A stretch of DNA of 64,000 nt from the human T2T-CHM13v2.0 reference genome, Homo sapiens, in NCBI RefSeq assembly GCF_009914755.1, contig NC_060929.1. One strand, 5' to 3'. The notes under the pieces were generated by a model. The model did no database searches, was not told where the DNA came from, and was given only the letters and a program-made list of their open reading frames with translations. The translations under genes and the position numbers were made by a program. Below, piece by piece: positions 15,331 through 28,048 of this stretch; within the stretch, counting starts at the first letter, position 1; every line of letters starts with the position of its first letter.

Positions 15331-16038
15331 CTATTATTAGTGATAGTATTATCATTATATTCCCACTATAGAGATGAGAAACTACACCTCAAGAAATTAT
15401 ATAACTTATAAGCTTATGTGAGAACTAAAGGAAAAATTCAGATCCCTCATTTCTAGTTCAGTGTTCTTTCCCATACAACCCAGATTTCCTGAAGACAAAA
15501 TATACTGGTAATCTGCAGGATTTCAAATCCTTATAAAATAAAAGCAGATGAGACTATTCACTTACCAAGTTGGCAAACCAAAACCCAGAAAATTTAGTCT
15601 CTGTGCTTATGTGGGAAGATCCTGCACCCAGCTAATAGAGACCTTGTCTAAGAATGATTGGAAACCCTAAGTAGATTGAAAGGGAGAGTTGGGAATTGGT
15701 GATTACAGACTACTAAAGTGAGCCCCAAGTGAGGCACAGCTCATCCTTGACAGGTCATAAAAAGGCAGAGAGGTCACAAGTTAATTTAAGTGTTTTGTCT
15801 TTCCTGGAAAGCAGAAGAGCCTTCCCTTCAACTTAGTTACTGTTTCAGATAATATAACTCACAGGCCACCTCCCTCCATTCTGAGCCTTCCCATACACTA
15901 TTTCACCAGAGTACACAATGTGACCTGCCCAAGTCATTGCTGGAAAAATCAATTAAATTCAACCTGCTGTTACCCCTCAAGTTTATTTTGTCTTCACATA
16001 TTTAAGAACTCCAAATTGAAACAATCCAAGTATCTTAC

Positions 16039-16133
16039 CTGAATTCTAACTTCCTGTATGTCTATCAGCCTTTCCACAGAAACTCAACCTGCCATTTGGA
16101 GTTCTAATGCTCTTCCAGGTGCAAGAAAGGAGA
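16039..16133 (-). other. Candidate exon (95 nt), with an alternative upstream acceptor at 16240
   Basis: Acceptor cttttatgcattttcag|TCTC and donor TCAG|gtaaga. Also a very strong acceptor ttttgattttttctctgcag|GACT at 16240. Confidence 0.45.
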
Positions 16134-16458
16134 CTGAAAATGCATAAAAGATGTAAGATGTAACTCATTTCTCTCACTGTATTTTCTTTGAGGGGATTAG
16201 AGATCTCACATCACCTTATTCAGCTTTCGTGGATCAAGTCCTGCAGAGAAAAAATCAAAAGCTCTGAAATACTTAGATTTTGAAGAACACTTCCTGGCCT
16301 CCTCTGCACACTGAGGCCAAAAATCACTTTCTTCATTCTTGCCTCGAGTAACCAGTGTGTGCCATCCTTGCCCAGTAAGTCTCCCACTGGACATTCACAA
16401 GTACCACCTCTCCTGTATCCACGGTCTGTGCTCTCAATTTCCTTCTCTTCAATTCCTC

Positions 16459-16826
16459 TGTATTGGTTTGTTTTCACACTGCTGATAAAGACATACCCAA
16501 GACTGGATAATTTATAAAGAAAAAGAGGTTTAATGGACTCACAGATCCACACGGCTGGGAAGGCTTCACAATCATGGCGGAAGGTGAAAGGCACGTCTTA
16601 CATGGTGCAGGCAAGAGAGAATTGAGAGAGAGTCAAGTGAAAAGCGAAATCCCTTATAAAACCATTAGATCTCATGAGACTTATTCACTACCACGAGAAC
16701 AGCACACGGGAGAAACCACCTCCTTGATTCAATTATCTCCCCCTGGGTCCCTCCCACAACATGTGGGAATTATGGGAGCTACAATTCAAGATGAGACTTG
16801 GTTGGGGACACAGCCAAACCATATCA
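16459..16826 (-). mobile_element. THE1 (B/C-like) MaLR solo LTR
   Basis: Reverse complement reads TGATATGGTTTGGCTGTG...AATACA. Near-perfect 5-bp TSD tcctc/tactc. Confidence 0.93.
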
Positions 16827-16925
16827 TACTCTCAGAGAAAAAAATAATCATCATCAAAAGGGATTTGCTTGGGTAATCCTAGGCACACCTTCCCATATGC
16901 ACTCTCACAAAAATGCTAATTAAAG

Positions 16926-17285
16926 CAAAGGTCCCCAAGCCCTGGGCCATGGACCAGTGCCTGTCCATGGTAGGACAGGTACCTGTCCATAAGGAGGTTG
17001 CATGCTCCTTATGAGAATTTAATGCCTGATGATCTGTCACTGTCTCCCATCACCCCCAAATAGGACCATCTAGTTGGAGGAAATAAAGCTCAGGGTTCCC
17101 ACTGATTCTACATTACGGTGAGTTAATTATTTCATTATATATTACAATGTAATAATAATAGAAATAAAGTGCACAATAAATGTCATGTACTTGAATCATC
17201 CCAAAACCATTAGTCCACCCTGGTCTGTGGAAAAATTGTCTTCCATGAAACCGGTCCCTGCTTTCAAAAAGGTTGGGGACCGCTG
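16926..17285 (+). mobile_element. MER1A hAT-Charlie element (internally deleted)
   Basis: TIRs caaaggtcccca / ttggggaccgctg and a perfect 8-bp TSD AATTAAAG. Confidence 0.9.
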
Positions 17286-18107
17286 AATTAAAGAATTCCC
17301 ACATGTCAGGAAAAATGATGGTGAGTACCAAATACTTCTGAGAACTTCTTAATGAAAAACTTCTGGAATCTAGAATGTAATCATTTGGCCAAGGGCTTGT
17401 ATCTAATTTGAATAAGGACAATCATTCACTGGAAATATTCAAGACTTCTTGAATGTTGAGTTTGAGAATACACTGTTTTTTCCTCCAAATTTTGAGGTAG
17501 TTTGAGAATTCATCTGATAGTAAGTTCAGAACTCTGCTTTGCAGGTTTATTAGCCACGTCCAATTAGCAAATACTATAAAACATGCATCTAAAAATAAAA
17601 GGATCACAAATGTGCACAGAAAGGAGATGGAGAAGTCAGCCCACCAGGTATGATTCCCATGAAAGGAGGGGGTAGCTCCTCTTGACAAAGAAATGACACC
17701 CAGAGCATGAATTCATATGGAATACCACTTGATAGTGGCAAAGATCTTTTAAAAGCATTTTCACAAATACCTCACTTCTTCTCATAAAGCATATAGAACA
17801 ACACTGTTAACTCATTTGTCAGATGAAAAACAAAGAACCACAGAGGTTCATTCACCTGCCGGAGCTCACACAGAAACAAAACTGAAACCCAGGGTCTCAG
17901 CTCACAGGACAATGACCTAAACTCAGACATATTTTCCTCTTAAATTCTCACTAGATGCTGCACTTCGAAAGACTTAAATTTTGCCTGTCTCTAGCTTGAA
18001 TTTTATCCCCACATGAGTTTCTAGCCTGTGCTCTTCCAAGGGTCATTTAGTCAAAGGGTCAAAGGCTCCGCCTCCAGAGTCCTTTGTGGGTGAAGAAAAA
18101 ACTCCTT

Positions 18108-18130
18108 GGGGTAGGGTAGGGTAGGGGGGG
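18108..18130 (+). other. G-quadruplex-forming motif
   Basis: GGGGTAGGGTAGGGTAGGGGGGG: four G-tracts with 2-nt TA loops. Confidence 0.7.
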
Positions 18131-18979
18131 AACCATCTTCATTTGGAATTCGTCTCAAAGCTTCTTCTCATTTAAATTATAGAACTGATGAATACAAAAG
18201 TGTATTAATGACCCATATTAAAGCATATTAAAGTCCATATAATGGACTTTTGGTAAGTACATTAGCAGAAGCCAACACTTCTTTCTCTTTCATTCGGAAG
18301 TGGTTAGAACAAATACATCATTTTTTCCTTATCACAAACTAAGACAAAGCCCACCTTCCCTCTTCTACCCCATTAGCTGCTTTTTAAAAAAATTAAGAAA
18401 TTAGTAATTAAAGACATTTATATCAGGATTAGAGGCTTTAACATCTGTCCTAATGAAGCCAAGAGTCTATGGTGATTTTTCAATCCAAAAATGCAAATAA
18501 TAATCTTAGAGAAATCCAAATAATGAAATAGGAGCTTTAAATCAGTACATGTATTTGTTTTCTGCCAACTTCCAAAAATAATTTAAAGAATATTGATAAA
18601 ATATTTATAATAGGCTAAGATAAGAGGTGGAAGATCCAATTAATGGCTAAAACTACTGGATTGCTTAAAACAAAAATTGAAATTTGCAATGTCAAAAACT
18701 AGACCATGGTTCTCTTAATAAAGGTGCTACAAGAAGGTTAGGGTTAAATTATTCTTTAACAAATCCTCTAGACACTTAATCAGAAATAAGAAAGAGACTT
18801 TAAAACCCGAGGTGAGAACAGAGATTCTTTTTCTTGCCTTTCATTTCTACTCCTAAAATCTCCATGGAAGAAATTCTCTTTCTCTTAACTTTCTGCTCAG
18901 TTATTTTCCCAAAAAATGTAGTAATATTCAAGACAATTTTTGTTACCTTTCCTCACAGGGATCTTCCCAGCAAAAACAA

Positions 18980-19165
18980 AGTGTGGTAAAATGGAAGGGC
19001 ACTGGACTAGAAAAAGTAGTGTGGGTTTGGCCCAAAATGTGCCCTTAAGCTCACATTTGATCTTGGGGAGGACACTTCACCTGCCAGGGTTCCAGTTTCC
19101 TCATTTGTAAAATAAAGGGAAAGAACCAGATGAACTGTCAGATCCTTTCCAGCACCAGCCTTCTA
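18980..19165 (+). mobile_element. MIR/MIR3 relic
   Basis: tgtggtaaaatggaagggcactggactag...cagtttcctcatttgtaaaat...gatcctttccagc. Confidence 0.65.
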
Positions 19166-19636
19166 TATTTACTGAAGCAAATGTCTGCCACTGTTATTTT
19201 CCAGATGGCTACTGCCAGTGTTTGCTAAGTGTAATCAGCAAAAAGTCTAGTCAATATCCTGGGATTTGCAACAACGTTTCTGAGGGACACTACACGGCTT
19301 AGGTTACTACTTACATATATGACCATTATACTGAGCAAACCACTCTTGGGTAATTAAGTAGTCTCGATATTATTGGATTATCATCTTTTCTACCAACTAT
19401 TACAGACCCTGGTTCCAGACAAATCAGGAATACAGAAGCAGCACCCACATCACTGTGGAAATAGATAACAGAAGGGGCAGGGGAGACATGGGTGGTGGAG
19501 TGAGCAGAAAGATCGTAAGAGTCACTCAAGATCTTTGCAAGGCAACTAATTGTCTCTATGTCATACTTTCTAGAAAGGTGTCACATAGCATCTGGCAATG
19601 CTTACAGTTTTCCAAATTTACAGCATCTCCTGATTA

Positions 19637-19843
19637 TGTCCTATGCGATATACTTACATGGATTAACAATAGATATCACCATTTATTTCTTCAGACAACA
19701 CCAGTAAGTTTTTTACAAGCCAAATTCTCATTGCATGCTGTCCTATGTGGTGTACTTATGTGGATTAACAATAGATATCACCATTTATTTCTTCAGACAA
19801 CATCAGTAAAAGATTTTTTACAAGCCAAATTCTCATTGTATGC
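19637..19843. repeat. Local tandem duplication (102 + 105 bp)
   Basis: tgtcctatg...ggattaacaatagatatcaccatttatttcttcagacaaca...caagccaaattctcattg(c/t)atgc occurs twice head-to-tail. Confidence 0.95.
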
Positions 19844-20076
19844 CATTAAGATCCATTTCTGATCCATGAAGATAATTTTTACATCCCTTGTTCTTTTTGG
19901 CAAGAAAAAAAATTATCTCCAAAACAAACAATCTAAACTTAATTGCTTTGAATCATTGCCTACTGGAGAGTTTCATGGATTTTTGCTTGATATTCCACAT
20001 GTGACATGTGTAATGGTGTAATGGTGTGTTATGTGACAAATCCCTGAATAAGATGTCCACTGCCTTTATATGCTTC

Positions 20077-21703
20077 TGTGTCCGGAATTCGTGGGTTCTT
20101 GGTCTCACTGACTTCAAGAATGAAGCTGCGGACCCTCGCGGTGAGTGTTACAGCTCTTAAGGTGGCGCATCTGGAGTCTGCCCCTTCTGATGTTCAGATG
20201 TGTTCAGAGTTTCTTCCTTCTGGTGGGTTCGTGGTCTCGCTGGCTCAGGAGTGAAGCTGCAGACCTTCGTGGTGAGTGTTACAGCTCTTAAGGTAGCGCG
20301 TCTGGAGTTGTTCCTTCCTCCCGGTGGGCTCGTGGTCTCGCTGGGCTCAGGAGTGAAGCTGCAGATCTTCGCAGTGAGTGTTACAGCTCATAAAAGCAGC
20401 ATGGACCCAAAGAGTGAGCAGTAGCAAGATTTATTGCAAAGAGCGAAAGAACAAAGCTTCCACAGTGTTGAAGGGCACCCGCGGGTTGCCAATGCTAGCT
20501 TGGGCAGCCTGCTTTTATTCTCTTATCTGGCCCCACCCACATCCTGCTCATTGGTAGAGCCAAGTGGCCTGTTTTGTCAGGGCGCTGATTGGTGCGTTTA
20601 CAATCCCTGAGCTAGATACAAAGGTTCTCCATGTCCCCATCAGATTAGTTAGATACAGAGTTTCGACACACAGGTTCTTCAAGGCCCCACCAGAGCAGCT
20701 AGATACAGAGTGTCGATTGGTGCATTCACAAACCTTGAGCTAAACACACGGTGCTGATTGGTGTGTTTACAAACCTTGAGCTAGATATAAAGGTTCTCCA
20801 CGTCCTCACCAGAGCAGCTAGATACAGAGTGTCGATTGGTGCACTCACAAACCTTGAGCTAAACACAGGGTGCTGATTGGTGTGTTTACAATCCCTGAGC
20901 TAGATATAAAGACTCTCCACGTCCTCACCAGAGCAGCTAGATACAGAGTGTCCATTGGTGCACTCACAAACCTTGAGCTAAACACAGGGTGCTGATTGGT
21001 ATATTTACAATCCCTGAGCTAGATATAAAGGTTCTCCACGTCTCCACCAGACTCAGGAGCCCAGCTGGCTTCACCTAGTGGATCCCGCACTGGGGCTGCA
21101 GGTGGAGCTCCCTGCCAGTCCTGCGCCATGCACCTGCACTCCTCAGCCCTTGGGCGGTGGATGGGACTGGGCGCCGTGGAGTAGGGGGTGGTGCTCGTCG
21201 GGGAGGCTCGGGCTGCACAGGAGCCCATGGAGTGGATGGGAGGCTCAGGCATGGCGGGCTGCAGGTTCTGAGCCCTGCCCAGCGGGAAGGCAGCTAAGGC
21301 TCGGTGAGAAATCAAGTGCAGCGCCGGTGGGCCGGCACTGCTGGGGGACCCAGTACACCCTCCGCAGCCACTGGCCCGGGTGCTAAGTCCCTCATTGCCC
21401 GGGGCCAGCAGGGCTGGCCGGCTGCTCCCAGTGCGGGGCCCGCCAAGCCCATGCCCACCCGGAACTCCAGCTGGCCCGCAAGCGCCGCACGCAGCCCCGG
21501 TTCCTGCTCACGCTTCTCCCTCCACACCTCCGTGCAAGCTGAAGGAGTGGGCTCCAGCCTTGGCCAGCCCAGAAAAGGGCTCCCACAGTGCAGTGTGGGG
21601 GGCTGAAGGGCTCCTCAAATGCCGCCAAAGTGGGAGCCTAGGCAGGGGAGGTGCCGAGAGCAAGCGAGGGCTCTGAGGACTGCCAGCATGCTGTCACCTC
21701 TCA
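20077..21703 (-). mobile_element. ERV9 solo LTR, LTR12C
   Basis: Reverse complement reads TGAGAGGTGACAGCATGCTGGCAGTCCTCAG...CCGGACACA. 4-bp TSD CTTC, CpG-rich U3, 119-bp enhancer repeats. Confidence 0.97.
20480..21040 (-). promoter_or_regulatory. LTR12C enhancer/promoter
   Basis: Eight ATTGG (CCAAT on minus) plus several AGATA motifs. AATAAAA box at 20513-20519 and poly(A) signal AATAAA at 20430-20435, both on the minus strand. Confidence 0.78.
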
Positions 21704-21829
21704 CTTCCAAAGGCTTCACTTGGCTCTGGTTGGATTTACTGACTTGTCATGTGGTGTCAAGGTCAATATCAGACAACCAGTTACTGGTGAGCCAGTAACT
21801 TTCTAACACAGTCAGGCGTCTTGATTTAA

Positions 21830-22185
<356 letters not shown>

Positions 22186-24899
22186 TTATTAAAACATTCA
22201 TAAAAGGCCAAGAAATACAAAGTAGAGCAGCACAGGTAACATTAAATAGCTATTTGCAATATACCTAGAGGAATTATGACTAAGAAAAAGGAGAAAATGT
22301 TTCTGAAATAGAAGAGCCAGAACCAAAAGACATGAGGAAATTGCCACCCAACAGCATTGCAGATGCAAACTTCAGAGACAGGACTTCTCAGACCATAAAA
22401 TCAGGAGTTACACCCCTCTTGCACAAAATGGCTTTTTGAGTAAGACAAAGGCATTTCTTGTCCCTACTACCATCAGCAGTGACTCTCTTGTTGCATCTAT
22501 TTGCTTAATCTGACTCCTAGGAACGTGACATATTTGACTGTAGAAGTGGGCAGGCAGAACACCACATCCTGAGTAAGAGCTTGGTAATAAGAAAGTAGGG
22601 AAGGCGAGAGAGCCTGTACCACCATTGCTTTCTTGGAGGCTTGCGTGCGCTGATACAAGGAGAAAACAACACACCGAGTTCTCATATGAATAGCCTAATG
22701 CGAATAGACGACGAGGGTGCAGGAGTAAGAGAGAATCCCTTCACAGTCTAGCAGAATCACACCAGGAAAAATACCACAAGCTTGGCATGGGAGAGTAAAC
22801 ATCTCTCTGTCCTGTAGGAAAGGAGGCCTGCATTAATTCACAGATGAAAAGGCAGGAGGGAACAAGGTAAAACTAACAATCTAGTCTATTAACAAATACT
22901 ACCTCTGTATATAGGTCTATTCTTTTTTTAGAAATAACCAACATGGATTATGTAAAGATTCTATGATGTAAAAAGAGAATACAGCACTCAATAAAGAGAA
23001 TAAAAGCTTTCATATAAAAATATACGCTATAAAAGATGAAAAATTTCAAGAGAATTCATGTTACAAAAAAAGCTAACTAGAACCAGGATAGAAGCAGAAA
23101 TGAAAATTAAGCTGGATAGGGCTAGAAATGACTGTAACAGTTAAAGGCAACATTAGAATTGACAGTGAATTGGGGGATGATATGTAGGATAAACTTTAAA
23201 ACTCTCAGAATGTAGACAAAATGACAAAATGAAATTGTGAAAAAATATATAAATGAAGAGAGATGATGAGTCAGCCTAGACATTACCAGTATTTCTGAAA
23301 ATGTGTAACTACAAAGCATTACATGTCTCATATTCTGTTTAATAATCTTACTTTGACCTCTCATTTATTCTAAGTTTTTAGCTCCTTGGATATCTTTTCC
23401 TCCCAGTGTTAATGGAATTTCAGCACTTCGTCTTAAAATCCATGGGTTCAACTAACTATGCTGAACAAGATATCTGCATAAGTAGAAAATTTATCCCTCT
23501 CTTTTGCAGCTGCAGGAAAAATGTTATTCCAGATCATAAACCCTCCTTGCAAGAAAAAAGTATTTTGCAACATCTAGAATTTAGATATAATTGCCATCTA
23601 GAGTGAGCAAATCTCAAACTCTGAAATATCTATCATTTTGATTGATTGTATTATTTACCAATGTGTTATGCCCAGGTAATAACATCTCTGTTGTCAAACG
23701 AAAGCTAGAAAGATATTACACAAAGGTAAAATATAATAAATCAACTCTGGTAGATGTCTTAAAGTGTTTTGTTTTTTGCATTTCCAATGGCAGATGAAAT
23801 CAGGGCAAGAAACCGAAGTAATGATTACTCACAAGTAAGAATACTTGCTTGCTGAACACTTGCTGAAGACACACTTAATAATTTGAAATTGTTCAATCAG
23901 CATCATACAATATTATTAAAATTAACTAATATATCCACATGCACTATCTAAATGCCAAACACCAAGAAAAAAATGCAGCAGAGCACGAAAAATAATTTTT
24001 CATTGGAAACAATTTCTCAGCATTTTCTTACGTACAATGAAAGACAGAAGACAACAAAGAGAAACCCCTTTAAAGGTAAGTCTGAAACCTAATAATTCTA
24101 TGCATAGGTAAGCTATAATTAATGTGTGAAAGCAATAAAATGTCTCTTACAGATAATCAAATATGCAAAGTATTACCTCAATATATACTTCCTTAAACCC
24201 ACATGCACACACACAGATATCAAAGTACATTAAATGAGAATAAAAATTTAAAACAACCTTGAATAAATGTTGCAAATACCGTTTTATAAACAGCACTTAA
24301 CACAAATGGTTATTAGTCTATCAGCTTAGTAAAACATGTGGAAGATAATAAATTACAGGTATTGAGAGATACCTAGAATAAAATAATTTGGTAACAATAA
24401 TCTAAGCGTAAAAGTGTGGACTATAATAAGAAAAGGGCATTAACTCAGAATGAAGAAAAGTTGCTCCGCCCTATCATAGAAAATAGTTTCATGGTTTTAA
24501 TAGCTAGTATTCCATTCTCAAAATTTAAAAAATTGAGACATTAGATTATAGTGTATTTTTTAAAACAAAAGTCTAGATTTTAGGATAGCTCTCAAATCAG
24601 TAGAGAAAGAAGAACAAAAGAAAATATTGATTCAACAAATTTTTTAGAGGATTACATAAAAAAGACCTAGTATTAGTCATGACAATAAGTTTAATGATTT
24701 GAACTACTATGGGAAGGGAAATATTTTTATACTGTCTTAAAAAATAAGATTCAATTTTATTAAGTTTCTAAAATATATAAAGCATGAATGTTAAAAACAA
24801 TGCCAATCAAACAATAGAAACTGAATATTTGTTATAAGAATAATAAAATGATAACAACAGGGTTTTCTTATGCTAATAAAGGTATGGTTCACTGCTGAG

Positions 24900-25932
24900 A
24901 TATATGGTTCATAAACATGTGAATCACAAACATTTTATATTTACATGGTGTGTAAATATAAAAAGCAGAAATACAAATATGAGATGAAAAGGTAAGCCAC
25001 ACAATAGGAGAAAATATTCATAATTCATATATCTAACAACAATCTTCTGCCTTATACACATAAGTTTTGTGACAATCGTAAGAAGCAAAAAACCAATAAA
25101 CATGGGCAAAAGATTTGAGCAGACATGTCCTAATACACACAAAGACGCTCAACAAAAAGATGCCACAAAAGATGCTCAACATCATTTGTCAGGGAAATTA
25201 AAACCACAATGAGATATGACTATATCCTAGAGGGTGGCTAAAATTGTAAACACAGTATCAACTGCTGGTGAGAATAGGGAGCATGTGTGACTCTCATATG
25301 CTGTTATGAGAATGTAAAAGCATACAACCACTTTGAATAATTGTCAGTTTCTGAAAAAGTTAAACATATACCTACAATAAACCCAGCCATTCTACTCCTA
25401 GGTAGTTACCCAAAAGAAATAAAAGCAGATGTTCACACAGAAACTTGGACATGAATGTTCATAATAACTTCATTTGTAATATATTTTAAAATGGGAATAA
25501 TATTGTATAACTGAGGATAAAATCATTTTTATATGTCCAAGAAATTGAATAATTCTCAGCGATAAAAAGAAAAACATTATTGATACAAGAAAAAATGTGC
25601 CTGGATCTCAAAATCAATATCTTGCATGAAAAAAGCTAGGCCCCAAAAGAGTGCATCATATACAGTCTTATTTATTCGAAATTTTTAAAACTGAAAATTA
25701 ATCTATAGTGACAAAAAATAGGTGGGTAATTGTCTGGGGTGAAGGAAGGGGAAGAGACAGACTGCAGAAAGGCACCAGGAAACCTTGGGTACTATTGAAA
25801 ATGTTCTGTATCTTGAATGAGACCTTATTTTCACAGATTTATACAGCACAGGTGGTTTTAGGTGTATCTATCAGCAAATTGTACACTTTACATGGATCCA
25901 TTAACTTATACTTCAATAAAGTGGATTTAAAA
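24900..25932 (+). mobile_element. L1M ORF2 C-terminus and 3' UTR relic
   Basis: gatgctcaacatca..aaaaccacaatgagata..acccagccattctactcctagg..cttcaataaagtggatttaaaa. Confidence 0.8.
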
Positions 25933-27997
25933 TATAAGAAACTGACAGATATTGTTACAGGAATTACAAATTTATTTTCCTACGGTGGCCAAACACATAA
26001 TGTAAATGAATAAAGAATGATTAATTCAAGATTTTAAATTTTTTCCCTTAAATGCAATGTCTTTTCGAGCCTATCTTTCAACTTGATACTCCCAGGGGTT
26101 AATTATTTTTTCAGTTTCCTCTATTCTATCACAAGTAGTACAAGAGAGCAAGAACAAAGATAAATGGCAACTCACATTCAAGGCCAGAGTCCTCAGTCAC
26201 AGGCAATAGGATAAGCCCATGTCAAATGGGGAGTGAATGTATCATCACAAGAGGCCAAACACTTAGCTCTAGTCAAACATTTCTGTGTGGCAATGAAGAC
26301 ACAGATTTAGTAGATTTTCTAATTTTTCAAAGGAAGTTAGAAATCAGGATGTTATATAAAATCCCCTGGCTTTTAAATGCTGGTGATTAATTTTAAAAAT
26401 AACATTGCATGCATAGCTAACTGCAAGGGCAAACAAGAAACATCTATATGTGAATGATTATTTGTAACTTGTGCTTTAATATTTCACCCTCTTTAGTCCT
26501 TCAGAGAACAAGTGAACAAAATACAAATAAGGATGGAGAGCATCTGAATAACATAATTTTGATCCAACATATATGATATTTGTATTCTGCCAGAGAATAA
26601 ACATTTTAAACATCCATGAAACATTTATAGCAGTTATTAATTGAAAACATCAAACTCTAGGAGGTAGAATTATACAAGTTGCAATCACTGGCCAAAATGC
26701 AGTTAAAACTAGAAATTAGTATGAAAGGTGTCTTAAAACAAACAAAAAAATTGGAAAGTGAAAATACTAACCTACACAATGCTGAAAACAAACAGGATAT
26801 AAAGTGGTAATCCTGTTTTATATGTGTGAAATGCTAGTTTATTTTCTTCAATTGAAATCAGACTAGAAAGGCCAATATAGTGTATAAGACAGACAAAATT
26901 GGTGGTGTTCTCCAAGCCAGTTCTATACCTATCACCAGCAGTGGTCATAGGAGAACCTACCGTTTCAGGGAACAAACTTCCAAAACCACTATTTTAGAGT
27001 TATTTTTGTAAACTAAATATTTTAAAGTTTTCATTTGCTAAAATATGTGTATAATTCAGATGTCAAACAGACTGTATTTCTTCTCCTCAGTGAGGTGAAG
27101 TTATGCTATTAAAGTTATGCTGAAAATGTTAAAATACAACTGCCATTTCTTCATACCAATTTGATGTTTGATGAAAAAGAAAATCAAATATTTTGATTCT
27201 TTAAGTCTCCTGAATGTGTTCTATTGCTGGAGAATGATATTTGAAGATGTAAAAATTATGTGTTTTTTCCTCTGCAGTGCCACAACTAAAATCAATTTAC
27301 TAATATGTATTAGGCTGGTGAAAAAGTAACTGTGGTTTTTGCAACTACTTTTAAATAATAGCTGTTAAATATAGTAGATGAAGTACTGACATTTGATTGT
27401 TTATTGATGACAAAGGACATCCAAGCCCCAGATTAATATCTTCAGAAATGTACATCATGCAATGCTTATATTTTCCCCAGGAAACTGAAGCTTTAAACAG
27501 ATTTTATTTAACCTCTCCAATTAGCTATAACGAGGTTATTGTTATTCCCCTTTTATAGATGAAAATACTGTGGCTTAGAGATACTCAGTATATTTTCCCT
27601 TGTCATAAAGACAATAATTAATAGAGCAATCCCAGCCCTCTCTGACTAAAAAAACTCATTCTTTTCAACCACATTTACTTCATTGTCAAATTCCCCAAAA
27701 AGTATTTACAAGGAACCTAAATAACTACCACATATTTCATCAGAAAAGCAAACTCTATCTAGTGGATCAAAAAGTAAATTAGCACACATATAAAATGCTA
27801 CAAGGCAGTTAGAACACATGTTTTATTAACATTATTACCAAACGTTTCTAAGATAGAACCAAGAAACTGTGCTTGGGAATCTTAAACTTAAAGAGAGAAA
27901 TTTATTTCAACTAAAGTTTTTCAGCTGCTGTTGAGTTAATTGATCTAACAATCCTAAAATGTGCAGGATCCTGTGATGATTCATAGTGCTGACCCAC

Positions 27998-28048
27998 CCT
28001 GTTAGAATCGGCAAATTCCCGGCTTCCACTGGCAATATCTTCTTGGAT
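27998..28048 (-). other. Candidate exon (51 nt)
   Basis: Acceptor gctttactgtttag|ATCC and donor CAGG|gtgggt. Locally GC/CpG-richer than its AT-rich flanks. Confidence 0.35.

Noticed and set aside
17422-17688. Minus-strand ORF after a strong acceptor at 17588 as a coding exon
   Set aside because: No recognisable domain and no good matching donor. Kept only as a possible non-coding acceptor.
19455-19862. 135-aa ORF with an internal peptide repeat (WINNRYHHLFLQTT twice)
   Set aside because: The repeat is just the 102-bp DNA duplication, the start codon is not ATG, and there is no homology.
12132-21703. A single ERV9 provirus bounded by the two LTR12s
   Set aside because: Opposite orientations, different subtypes, separate TSDs, and no gag/pol/env between them.
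21040-21703. CpG island suggesting a host gene promoter (also 12130-12720)
   Set aside because: The CpG richness is intrinsic to LTR12 U3 and is not evidence of a host housekeeping promoter.
21779-21800. Perfect 9-bp hairpins (agttactgg-tgag-ccagtaact; also aaagtccat-ata-atggacttt at 18230-18250)
   Set aside because: One or two such stems are expected by chance in 64 kb. There is no miRNA-length stem or other support.
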